Origin: Epithemia pelagica | Lineage: Eukaryota > Protista > Bacillariophyta | Length of the DNA: 64,000 nucleotides | Direction of reading: 5' to 3' | NCBI GenBank assembly: GCA_946965045.2 | Contig: OX337236.1 | Location: 2,914,001-2,978,000 of the forward strand | In this document: positions 32,650-43,124 of the stretch, one piece after another | How positions within the stretch are numbered: position 1 is the stretch's first letter | Layout: each line of letters begins with the position of its first letter | Notes under the pieces: model-generated | Database searches by the model: none | What the model was told of the DNA's origin: nothing | The model's input: the letters and a program-made list of their open reading frames with translations, nothing else | Translations under genes and position numbers: made by a program

Positions 32650-34362
32650 TTAAGTAGATTTCCTGGAAAACAAATAGCGTGGAACATGTCCTGCTTGTTT
32701 ATGCATGTTGGCTTTGAAAGTAACCTTCTTGCTCGTCTTGGACTTGGCGTTAGAAAGAACACTAGTCAGGTCAGTTGCCGGGTGATTGATATCAGTCGTC
32801 ATGGCTTGGTTGATAAATTGTGTAACCGGATCTGAATCATCTGGATGCTCAGGGACTACGCCAGGTGAGTCGTCATCAGATGCAACTTGGTTGGGGTCAG
32901 GATCAGGTTCCGGATCAATGTCGAGGGCATGTATTTGCACTTTCCTCGGTGTTGTTAATGAAGGTGCTTGAATCATCTTGTTATACTCAATGATCAACTT
33001 GCGATCTTCTTCAGAAAGTTTGAACCATAGGTCACGCGGTAGACTAACCTTGGACGAAGAGGATGGAGATTCAGATGTCACTTTGGTGTTGTGGACATGA
33101 TACTCCATATCATCTTGTGAGGTTATGTCAGCATCTGTATCTTGGCCATATAGTGATTCATGTTGTTTGACATGTCGACGGCGACTATGAACAGATGACT
33201 GGGTTGCTTGATCATGGTCATAAGCTGCGTCTAGAAGGAGACGGAAGTATGATTGATAGCAAAGGGATTTTGCACCGGATTTGGTGTTCACCACATTATC
33301 CAAGATCTTGACTCGGCGGAGATCAGGTACCTTTTCTACAGCTTGCATGAGGAAGGTCATCCTGGTATGATCAGGGATGCGATCAGACAATGTCACTAGA
33401 TTGTCTAGCAAACGTAGCTGCTCTTGAAAGTGTAGAAGAAATTGACGTGTTGTTCCGCGCCATGTGTCGTCAAGACGTAGATTGGAAATGTAGTTGGTTA
33501 AACGGAGGACTTCTCGTTTTGCTAGGTCGGATTCGGTATGCAAAGAGTGTAACTTCTGCAATACGGCACGTGCATCTTCATCATGTTCATGTTCACGTAC
33601 ATAGGCTCGACCTTGGTCAGTCTGAATGATACGGACAAGAACGGAGTAAGGAAATACTTGTTGCTCTTGAAAAAGTTCTTCGGCATACTCATCATCATGG
33701 GGTGGTGTGTATTTGAAATTCAGAACGTTGGATAGGCCTTGAGCCTTAGCTGTAGTCTTGAATACACGCCAGAATGAATCGTAGTTTCGTTCATCCTTGA
33801 ATACCTCATATGCAGTTGCGTCGCGCTTAGTTCCCTTTCTGAATGCTGTAAGGTCTTGTTGAGATTGGGATGCGGCAGTAACTGTGCTGACAGATTTCAC
33901 GGATGACGGTGACTTCATTGGCGAGACTGGAACTTGGCTAGGTGGTCCCTTAGAAAAATCTGTGTTGATCCTCCAAGTGTTGAACTCTTTCATCGTTAGG
34001 TTCATCCAGTCGCTATTGGATAGCTCGTCTTGAATTTCATTGGTCTTGTATATGGCCCAATAAGCCAAGAGCTTGATCTGCTGTCTTGTGGGGCCTTGTA
34101 GATCATGTGTCTGTTTGTTGACCTTGTATTGTGTCAGTTCATTCATGGATTCCTCGGTATTAGTTTGCATATACGAGATAACATGGGTAATGTTCTCAAA
34201 ACCATGGTATTTCATCCACTTCATTAAGTAGTCGGCCCTTTCCTTGGTAAAGAATTGGCAGACAGTAAATATGATGTGGTCGAATAGGTCTGTGTTCAAG
34301 ACATTGTCTTGGTTATCTTCTCCCTTAGGAGTCGTAGGTGTCTTGGGTGATTGAGGATCCAT
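32650..34362 (-). CDS. Copia gag
   Basis: 570-aa ORF directly upstream of and in frame with pol, separated by a single TAA. Confidence 0.85.
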   Translation of the reverse strand: MDPQSPKTPTTPKGEDNQDNVLNTDLFDHIIFTVCQFFTKERADYLMKWMKYHGFENITHVISYMQTNTEESMNELTQYKVNKQTHDLQGPTRQQIKLLAYWAIYKTNEIQDELSNSDWMNLTMKEFNTWRINTDFSKGPPSQVPVSPMKSPSSVKSVSTVTAASQSQQDLTAFRKGTKRDATAYEVFKDERNYDSFWRVFKTTAKAQGLSNVLNFKYTPPHDDEYAEELFQEQQVFPYSVLVRIIQTDQGRAYVREHEHDEDARAVLQKLHSLHTESDLAKREVLRLTNYISNLRLDDTWRGTTRQFLLHFQEQLRLLDNLVTLSDRIPDHTRMTFLMQAVEKVPDLRRVKILDNVVNTKSGAKSLCYQSYFRLLLDAAYDHDQATQSSVHSRRRHVKQHESLYGQDTDADITSQDDMEYHVHNTKVTSESPSSSSKVSLPRDLWFKLSEEDRKLIIEYNKMIQAPSLTTPRKVQIHALDIDPEPDPDPNQVASDDDSPGVVPEHPDDSDPVTQFINQAMTTDINHPATDLTSVLSNAKSKTSKKVTFKANMHKQAGHVPRYLFSRKST

Positions 34363-34550
34363 GGTGTTATTTGGTTGGTTCGATGTTTATTTAATGTGCG
34401 GTGTGATGTGGTTTATTTAATGTGTGATGTGCTGTGAACCCGGATGTACCACGTATGCCACGTATGTACCACGTATGTGATACCCGGATGTGTGTTGTGA
34501 TGTGCGACTCCTGGAAATTTCCGTTGATTCCGACAAATTTTCGCCGAGTC

Positions 34551-35462
34551 TCAACAAATTTTCGCCGAATTTTCGCGATTTGACGGGAATGTGTGGCGTG
34601 TTGTGCGACCAAGGGTACCCGGATGTGCGTTGAGTTTAAGTCGTGGAAAGGTTTTGAGAGGACGGGAGTTAACTATGAGTAATAAAGCTTCGGTTTCCGA
34701 ATCTCCACTCTCTTCCGAATAATCAGAGTCGTTTCCAGGCTCAGATGGGGCAGCACAAGCAACAGAAGAAGGGGTATCACCTTCAGCCAAGTGGTTCTCG
34801 ACCTCGGTACGCAAAGGGAAGATAGTTGCACGATGGTCCTCGATGGTATGGACCTCGTGGATGTAGGCAACGTAGTTATCTAGGCGTACAACGTTAGGAG
34901 GCAGAGGGCAAGTCGTCGCGTTCACGACGTAGATGGTATTGTAGTATCCAGTTGGGCGCTCGAAGGTTAGGAAGCGGAGGTGGACAGTACGGATGGGGTT
35001 GCCCGAGAGGGCGGCCAAGATGAGGCGACGCCTCGGAGAACGATGAAGTTGGTCGTTCAGACGGTCAATGTCTTCTTGGTCGACGATGTGGGTCACCGAT
35101 TGGAACTGGCGTTCGATCTGGGTCTCCCCACGGATGATCTCGGGATCGAAGGTCGAAGAAGTTGGTTGACGGAAGTACTTGATATGATCAGCAATCAACC
35201 GGGTGGTACGACGGGATCGAGAAGGGACGAGCCGACGAGGTGGACTCGGGGGCCGAAGCAACGGCGCAGGGATCGGAGCGTGAGGCTGGGTTGGAGTCTC
35301 GAATGGGTTGCTGTTGGAACTGTCGACGGAGATGTTGACCGATGTGTTGGCTGCCTTCGGCGTCGGCACCAGTTCCTGCTGCACCAGGGTATCGGGCTGC
35401 CCGGGATGCAGGTTGGCTTGATAGATCTGTCGTACAGGAGTGATAAGCTCGTTAGTATCCAT
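34551..35462 (-). CDS. Additional 303-aa ORF between the 5' LTR and gag, function unknown
   Basis: ATG-initiated uninterrupted ORF starting 36 nt after the 5' LTR, in the same sense as gag. No recognisable domain. Confidence 0.6.
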   Translation of the reverse strand: MDTNELITPVRQIYQANLHPGQPDTLVQQELVPTPKAANTSVNISVDSSNSNPFETPTQPHAPIPAPLLRPPSPPRRLVPSRSRRTTRLIADHIKYFRQPTSSTFDPEIIRGETQIERQFQSVTHIVDQEDIDRLNDQLHRSPRRRLILAALSGNPIRTVHLRFLTFERPTGYYNTIYVVNATTCPLPPNVVRLDNYVAYIHEVHTIEDHRATIFPLRTEVENHLAEGDTPSSVACAAPSEPGNDSDYSEESGDSETEALLLIVNSRPLKTFPRLKLNAHPGTLGRTTRHTFPSNRENSAKIC

Positions 35463-35498
35463 GAAACCACAAGGAAATAAGCTTTGAAACTGTTAATC

Positions 35499-36280
35499 TG
35501 TTACAATTCTCTTGGAATTGCAGTGGCGTTGATGCTCGGTAGAGCAGACAATCAGGTAGTCACCAACCGATACAAACCTCTCCACGGGTAAGAGAGGAAA
35601 GCAAGTCGTAGTCTATCAAAAGGATAGTCGGGACACAAAAGAGGATGTGATAAATGGTGATATTGTTAGATTGTGTGTTGATTACTACGATAGGTCTACG
35701 TGAAATGTTCGGTCCTGCCAAGGGTCATGTGTCATAGGTTCTTGGCGGCAACAGGTTTGGAATAGTTGGAGTTGATTCATGTGATGTATATGACATGTAT
35801 ATGTGGACGGATAACATATATAGGGTCAACAGCTGTTGCTTTGGATTGGCATAGTTGTTTTCAGGGCGCGCAGCTTGTTGACAATTTGGAGATTGTGGGA
35901 ATGGAAATATGGTCTCGCGTGATCGTGTGTCGTGCTTGGGATACTTAGACCGTTGGGTCGGATAGATGCCGACAGCGCTCGGATGTCGCTTGGGCGCGCT
36001 CGATGATTTCGGGCGCGTACGCTTTGGGCGTTAGTATAATGTCCGAGCAACGGCCAAATTTACGTCCGTTGTAATACCGCACGACCCAGTTTAGTCTTGA
36101 GAGTGAGTTCGTCAATCTATTCTCACTTTTCATGATTTGCGAAGAAATATAGGTCAATATAGCGCGAAGCTAGGGAACATAGCTCGAAGCTAGATGGCAT
36201 GATGCGATAGCACGAGGCTATGTGACATGGAATCGATGAGATGTAGAATCTAACCACCATAGACGGTGAGAATTCTAACA
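35499..36280 (-). repeat. 5' LTR (782 bp)
   Basis: Direct repeat of 27897-28680. Confidence 0.95.
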
Positions 36281-37209
36281 GCCTCTCTTTCAAAGACTTC
36301 GTTGCAACAAAGGATGACTTGATCCAGTTCGGTGGAACATTTGAGGCGGCTAATGCTCTCTTTTCCCAAAGAATGCAATAGCAATTTCCATTTTTCTTCG
36401 AGGGACATTCGATTATTTTGCCCTGAAGAGAAACAGGAGAGGCAGTTGGATTTGACCGAAAGCGACGGCAGAATTCTTGATGAAAGTTGTCGTGGCACCA
36501 GAAGTCGTCAGGTGCAACAAGCCACTTTTTGAGTAGGAGAATCGACTGCGCTGGTTATTGCCGGAAGATTTTCCTCGTGGTTTGTCCAAATGTGACAAAT
36601 GTGCAATAAGTCTTTCCAATTTGGGTGGGAGTTCTTCGATCTCATCTGTGGCGTTTTCTTGTGTCTGTGTTGTTTCTGTAGCGGCGACTGCTGCACGGGC
36701 AACGTTGGAACCCGAATCGGTGACATGTTCCTGTGTTGTAGTTGTTGTGGTAGTTGCAGGTGCAGTGTTGGTGGGTTCTTCTGAATTGCTGGGAGGAGGT
36801 GCGGCATCTTCGGTGGTATGGTCAATATCTGGTTCGATGAGCGGTTGCGACGAATTTGGTAGAGATGACTCAATTGCGTTTTGCTCCACAGGGGATGCTT
36901 CGTTCGACATTTCTTTCAGGACACCCCTTCTTCACCATGTACTCAGCTGGAATGGAAGATGTTGCAACGATCGGTCGGTCGGTGAATGATTACGAAGGGT
37001 GGGAAGTTGGGTCTTCGGCAATGGAAGATGAAGATGAGAGAAAATGAGGAAAATCGCCAATTTTTCAAAGTAACATAGCTCCGTGATATCTTCATTTCTA
37101 CTGTAGAGTATCATATACGAAGTTGTTCAGAATTTCAAGATCTATAGAACGATGAAGTCAGATCTGCATGAAATTGAATTTTGATGAAGCTATTGAAAGT
37201 CAAAGTTAA

Positions 37210-37262
37210 GGGAGTAGCGTATACGCTGCTCCCATATATGGGAGTAGCGTATACGCTACTCG
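37210..37262. repeat. Tandem palindromic subterminal repeat
   Basis: GGGAGTAGCGTATACGCT(G/A)CTC(C/G)C occurs twice, separated by ATATAT. Confidence 0.9.
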
Positions 37263-38859
37263 CTTACGAATGGCGTTAAGGGATAGGTATTGTACTCGTA
37301 GGAGTATAGGTATACATCATATCCCTCCGACTAGGTGTCCGCTTCTTAGCTCGTCTGTTTGGGCAAGACAAACCCAATCTCACAGACAAAAAAATCAATT
37401 GGAAATTTCTAAAAAAATGCTTTTTTCCAATTTGACCTACTGGAAACACGCCAGCCATCCCTTTCACATACCCTGCTCCAACTGTCAACTGTCATGTCAT
37501 GGTCCGTCTTCCCCATTCTTGATTGTCGTCCCAAATTTCGACCCACATTATTATTTTCACCATTCCCCATTCCCCATGAATGACCGATGTCAATGTCAAT
37601 TCTCCTTTTGTTATGGACAATGGACATGTACCATCACAATCCATTCTCCATCATTTGCATACCATAGACATTCGACAGATAGGCCATAGATAGAGTTTGG
37701 CCGTGCCCCCATCCTTTCTTTGTTTTTAGGAGTAGTGTTGTTGTTGCTAGTGTTTGTATCCATTTGACATCCACAACACCATGCTTTAGGCTTGTCTCTT
37801 TGTATCCACTTGACCTACTCGTGTGTTTCAGAATCATTCTCTTCCTTCTTGTGCTATGGAGCATGTTGTAGAGTCCCCTGTACTGCTTGGAAAGACAAGT
37901 CATGCTCCTGGCAACAGAAAAAGTACAAGAGGAGCAGGTCGACATCACAAGCCACTAAAGACTCAAACTGAGCGACAGATGAAAAATGGAAGGCTTCCTC
38001 ACCTAGTCCTATCTATTTGTGTAGTACAAGAATCCTACAAATGATGTCGGTTGCCACCTATGGCATCGACCAAAAATGGATGTTTATATGGCACAAACAC
38101 GTGACACACTATTCACTATGGCAAAGGCGTGAGAACCTTAAACTCGGCATTGCCCATTACAATGCAAGTATTAGACATTCTCCAGAACTTACCATCTTGG
38201 ATGTGCGACAAACATGAGATGCGCAGGGCCCAGGGACGAAGTATGAGGCCGGTTTTGGTGTTGGTTTGGTCATTGCGTTATTTTGTTGCGTCCTGCATCG
38301 ATTTTGTGGCCTCTGAACAACATAATTTTTAGTCTTGTTGAGCAGAACGCCGGCCATCTATCAACTGCCAAATCACGCCAGTCTTTCCAGACGGAAGTGA
38401 TCATTTTTGCTGGCGGAGTTGGAGTTTTTGGTGAGCAGGACAGACGATGATAGAGTTGACAGGCAGACGAGCTAAGAAGCGGACACATAGTCGAATCGGC
38501 TGTTGGCACGAATTTTTCGCCTGTGAGACAACGCGGTAGAACAAAATCTCTGATATTGTAGCGTCATTGCTGATGGGCAATGGAAACATATTCGTAGGAT
38601 TGTAATGGGACATTTGTCATCCATGAAATGATGAGACACCATGGTAAAAGAGGCATGACGAGAGGTGGTTGGGACGAGAAAGGGTACCCACGGCGGATTT
38701 GTGTGTGTATGCTTACCCACGACCGAATAATCGCCAAAACTCCGTATCGACTCAATGGGCCATTCACATGATGTCGTCGCGGAAACCTCTTACATTCAAT
38801 ACGATAGACGAACGATCGTTTGACGTCTGTCTTTCAAATAATATAGAGCCAACCATACC

Positions 38860-41775
38860 ATGACGAGCAGTGATGAGCCTCTGTCCGACGATGAAATCGT
38901 TCAAGAGAACAAACAAGCTGAAATCAGTGAAGGTGACCTGAACGACGAAGGCAGCCAAAGATCAAGACAAGACGAGCAGTGCTTCACAGATGACAGAGGA
39001 CTGGCAATACAAAGAAAACAAAGAAGTGAAAGCAAATCGTGGAGCCAACAATGGAGTCGAACGATTCGGGAACGGGTTCATCGCCCCATTTTGCGGGCAA
39101 TCCACCAAATGACAAAAGCTGTGGTGAAATATCCAAAGTCTACCTTGACTCTTATTGCATGCTTATCGATCCTCTTGTTCTGTGTTGGTCTGGCGACAAA
39201 CTTTACGCTCGTTGTAGATGAACACGAGTTGTGGACTCCATTCGATTCGCTTGCCACGCAAACACAGACATTGGATTAAACATGATTCGAACTTCCCCAA
39301 GGACTACTTGGAGTTTGTCATGTTTTTTATAGTGACGGCCAGGACGTCTTGGGACTAGATCAAGTTGCGAAAGTCTTTGAGGCCGTGGATGTAGTCCGTG
39401 GAGTTGACAAGTACGATGAAATGTGTGCTGACAGTCTTCATGTTGATCTTGTCACCAATCAAACGACATGTCCCATTTCCGGAATTGTTCAGTTTTGGAG
39501 TTCAGATTACAACCTTATGCGGCAACAAGTGTCTTCCGACGAAGAAGTTATAGAAGCCATGTCCGCGTCCAGTTTTCCCGATGGTATACCAGTCAATTAA
39601 GATCCAGTCTTTGGTAAGACTGAACGCGAAAACGACGGCTTTTCAGCTCTCAACTTGTTAACATTTTGCCAAGGGTATATGCTTGTCATTGGATTCCCCG
39701 ATACGAAGGTTGCAGAGTCAGTCGAAGATCAGGCTCTCGACGTCATATTAAGTCTTCGGCAGCAATGGGACAAAGATCCTGACAACCCTCTTCGCCTCGA
39801 AGTATGGGCCCATGGGTCATTTGCAGACGAGTAAGGGCCATGTACTGACTTTTCTCCTCTCACTCTGCTTTCTCGTCGCGTCAACCTCACCTAACTTGAA
39901 TAATTCGACTTCTTTTTTTCAGATTCGAACGAGCGATCGTTGAAGACATCCCCTTTGTTCCCATCGTCTTTCTGATAATGACAATTTTCACGTCCGCGAT
40001 TTTATGCTTTGGACAAAACAAGTTTCAATGGCGATGTTTGGTTGGTCTTGGTGGGGTTGTCGCAGTTCTCTTGAGTCTCTTTTCGGGATACGGCCTCTTG
40101 TTTATCATTGGAACACCCTTCACCTCCATCACTCAACTATTGACATTTGTGATTTTTGGGATTGGTCTTGATGATGCGATTATCATTTTTGGATCGTATT
40201 GCCGAACCAATGCCAACACGTCTATTGAGACACGGATTGCCGATGTAATCGAAGACGTGGGAATATCCATCACGTTGACATCAATAACTTCGTCAGTGGC
40301 ATTTGGTTTGGGATGCATGTCGAGTATCCCGGTAGTCCACTGGCTGTGTCTTTACGCATTTCCGACCGTGATCTTTGTTTATCTCTATCAGCTGACATTT
40401 TTCATCGCTTGCATTGTATTGCACGATCATCGTGTACAAGCAAGGAAGAACAATGATCACTCGACTTCTGATGTTGCTCCTAGTGGCATGTCGACAACTG
40501 AGGGTGCTTTTGAAGTACGAAATGAACCCAAAGGGGATGGCGGCGCATTCGACAAATTCATGATTGACTATGCCAAGATTCTGTTGAAGCCCGTCGTCCG
40601 TGTAGGCGTTGTTGTTGTCTTCCTAACTTTGGCAGTGGTGTGTGCCATAAGCGCATCTAACCTGTCTCAGGAGTTTGAGGTGACGGATATCCTTCCAGAT
40701 GACTCTTATGTTGCTGCCTTGCTTCGGGTGTACGATGAGTACGCCATAAATACAAGGATTAATGCCTTTGCCTACTTTCGAGACGTCGACCAATCCAATA
40801 AAACTATCCAGGATCACATGGAATCATACGTGGATGATCTCGTTGAAATGGAGGCTATTGAAGACCAACCCCAGTTCTTCTGGCTTCGCGACTTTCAACT
40901 TTTTGTGAAACTGAGCAATGAAACTGTGAGCAAGCTGCCATTTAACGATCAATTGGATCTTTTCTTGTCGGATCCTGTTTACAACTACCTCTACCAATAT
41001 CACATTGTACGTGATGACGACGGAAATATTACTGCTTCGCGTGTTGAGTTTTACTTTAACAACATAGATGTCGAAGACGTCTCCGAGCAGATAGACACTC
41101 TTTTGGAACAACGGGATCTTACTGCCCGACAAACGGTCAATGTTGATTCAGCGAGATTGAGCTTTTTCAACTACGAGGAATCCTACGATATTATTGAGTT
41201 CTTCCACCGAACGAGACAATAGCTGATTCTTACCAGTATCATCGGTGTTACAGCGGTGTCTGGTTTGGCGATTCTATTCATTCCACACTGGACTGCTGTA
41301 TTTTTTTGTCTTGCCTGTGATATGTCTTCTCTACGTGGATCTTTTGGGGGTGCTTCAATGGGCCAATGTTGATGTGAATGCCGTGACCTACGTCAGTGTC
41401 GTTATGGCGATTGGTTTGTACGTTGATTTTATCATGCACGTCCTTCCTCGATACTACGAATGCGACGGAAACCGGAAAGACAAGACCGTCGAAATGCTCC
41501 GGACGATGGGATCATCTGTTCTTGCAGGTGGAATCTCTACATTTCTGGTGATCTTACCGTTGGCGCTATCTACGAGCGCTGTGTTTTATACGGTCTTCAT
41601 AGCCTTTGTCAGCTTGGTCACCCTAGGAACAGGTCATGGTTTGATTCTCATCCCCGCCTTGTTGGCGACGGTCGGTCCGGAGGATGGAAATAGCTTTACA
41701 AGAGAGCAACAACCCAAATGCTGTGATGGTGTTAGCCAGCTATCCGACACATCTTCGCCAAACAATGACATGTGA
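38860..41775 (+). pseudogene. Patched/NPC1-family sterol-sensing-domain membrane protein, disrupted
   Basis: SSD motifs IFGIGLDDAII, GISITLTSITS, IGLYVDFIMH, MGSSVLAGGIST and GLILIP. GT-AG intron at 39831-39922. Frameshift at ~39265, stops at 39598 and 41220, and a frameshift in the T-run at ~41300. Confidence 0.85.
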
Positions 41776-42323
41776 TAAAGCCATCGGAAAACAAGTGAAC
41801 ATCGGAACGTTCTATCTGAGCATGATTAAGATAGACTGATAGTTGCTCCTGTCATCAATCTCGCAGGTGACGGTCTTGCGGATGTATTTGTTTCATTTGA
41901 TGACGAGATAGCCGAGTATCAATAGACCCAACAAGCGGTTGATCTGTAGTAGACTAAGAGCCACAAAACCGCTGACCAGGTAGACAGACTGTATGATTCA
42001 CAATATCTCACAATGTGTCCCTGATTATAATGTTTCTACATAAGTTCTACCCTGCATCCTCTTGAAACATTGAAACCTTTTGAAAGGTCTATTGAGGTAT
42101 ACAAGAAGTTGTGCCTTCTCGGACTTGGACTTTCGTCGCGGCGCTCAACAATATGAAGATCGGAGGACTACTGCGACTTGGCACTGGTCCATGTCGTCTG
42201 TATTCGGTTCTCACACAATGTTCGTCATGTATGGCCTTCTTGTTGCGATTGGTGTTGTTGTTGTTGGTTTGGTGCTCTCGTCATGTCGTTGTTTCACCAG
42301 TGGTAGAAGCCTTTGTCGCTATT

Positions 42324-42451
42324 GGGAACCCGGCCTGAAATCCTATGCCATTGGACGAATGGATAAACCCACACACTTGTTTTTGGGATCGCTCCAGTAT
42401 CCAGCCGGGGAAGTCTCGGACATTCCGAAACATGACGATCCGAATCAGTAA
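42324..42451 (+). pseudogene. 3' fragment of GT25 (copy D) fused to unrelated sequence
   Basis: Identical to the last ~128 nt of copies B and C (WEPGLKSYAIGRMDKP...HDDPNQ*). The downstream flank continues as in copy B. Confidence 0.85.
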
Positions 42452-43124
42452 AAGGAAGAATAAGGATCTACAGCCCGTGTAGAGATTTTTTATTTCCAGT
42501 GTTGTTATGTGACATGTGACACCTACCTACATACGAGTACCAGTGAAGGAGGAAGAGGGATGGTGTTTTTACATCATGTGGAAGAGACTCCCTACAAGTG
42601 GTACGAATCAGCAGAATAGACAATATGCATAGTAATAGACGTGGTGGAGTGAATAAAGTGTGGTGGTGGTACCCCAGACGGCACTGGTTGGATTGTGTGT
42701 GTTCCCAAGAATTGTTGTCGTCGTTGTCATGGTCGTCATTGGATTTTTTTTATATGCCATTTGGAACAGAGTCGTGTACTAGAGCTTTTTTCACACTTGT
42801 TTTTGGGACGCCTGGCCCATCCGCCGGGAGAGAAAACGGATATTCCCAAATAATACTAGGTAGTCCATGGCATTCCAGGGCCGCCGGTTGTCTGTGGAGG
42901 CGGCACATGGTATGGCGGGGCAGCCGTGTGGCGAAATTCCATTGGGCCTCGAGTCGACGCGACCATGCCGATAGTGGTTGCATACTTAGTTGGGAACCAA
43001 ATTTTAAATCCTATGCCATTGGACGAATGAATCGCAAATCACACTTGTTTTGGGGACGCCTGGTCCATCCACCAGATTTAACAACCCCTACTTCTCTCCA
43101 ATACCACTCCCACCTATAGGTAGG

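Larger units (their letters stand above)
27897..36280 (-). mobile_element. Full-length Ty1/Copia (CoDi-like) LTR retrotransposon with 5-bp TSD GCCTC
   Basis: LTRs at 27897-28680 and 35499-36280 (TGTT...AACA, ~99% identical). GCCTC at 27892-27896 and 36281-36285. PPT-like GTGGGGAG. Gag, PR (LIDRGANGG), IN, RT and RNase H are in Copia order. Confidence 0.96.
24081..37275 (-). mobile_element. Decayed piggyBac-like DNA transposon, interrupted by the Copia at 27897-36280
   Basis: TTAA at 24077-24080 and 37276-37279; imperfect termini CGCCA(CA/TT)CGTAA; related subterminal palindromes at both ends; transposase fragments inside. The boundaries are inferred. Confidence 0.6.

Noticed and set aside
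37280-38850. Missing 5' half of the Copia interrupted at 24077
   Set aside because: No gag-like frame or LTR is visible beyond the right TTAA, so the empty site cannot be reconstructed.
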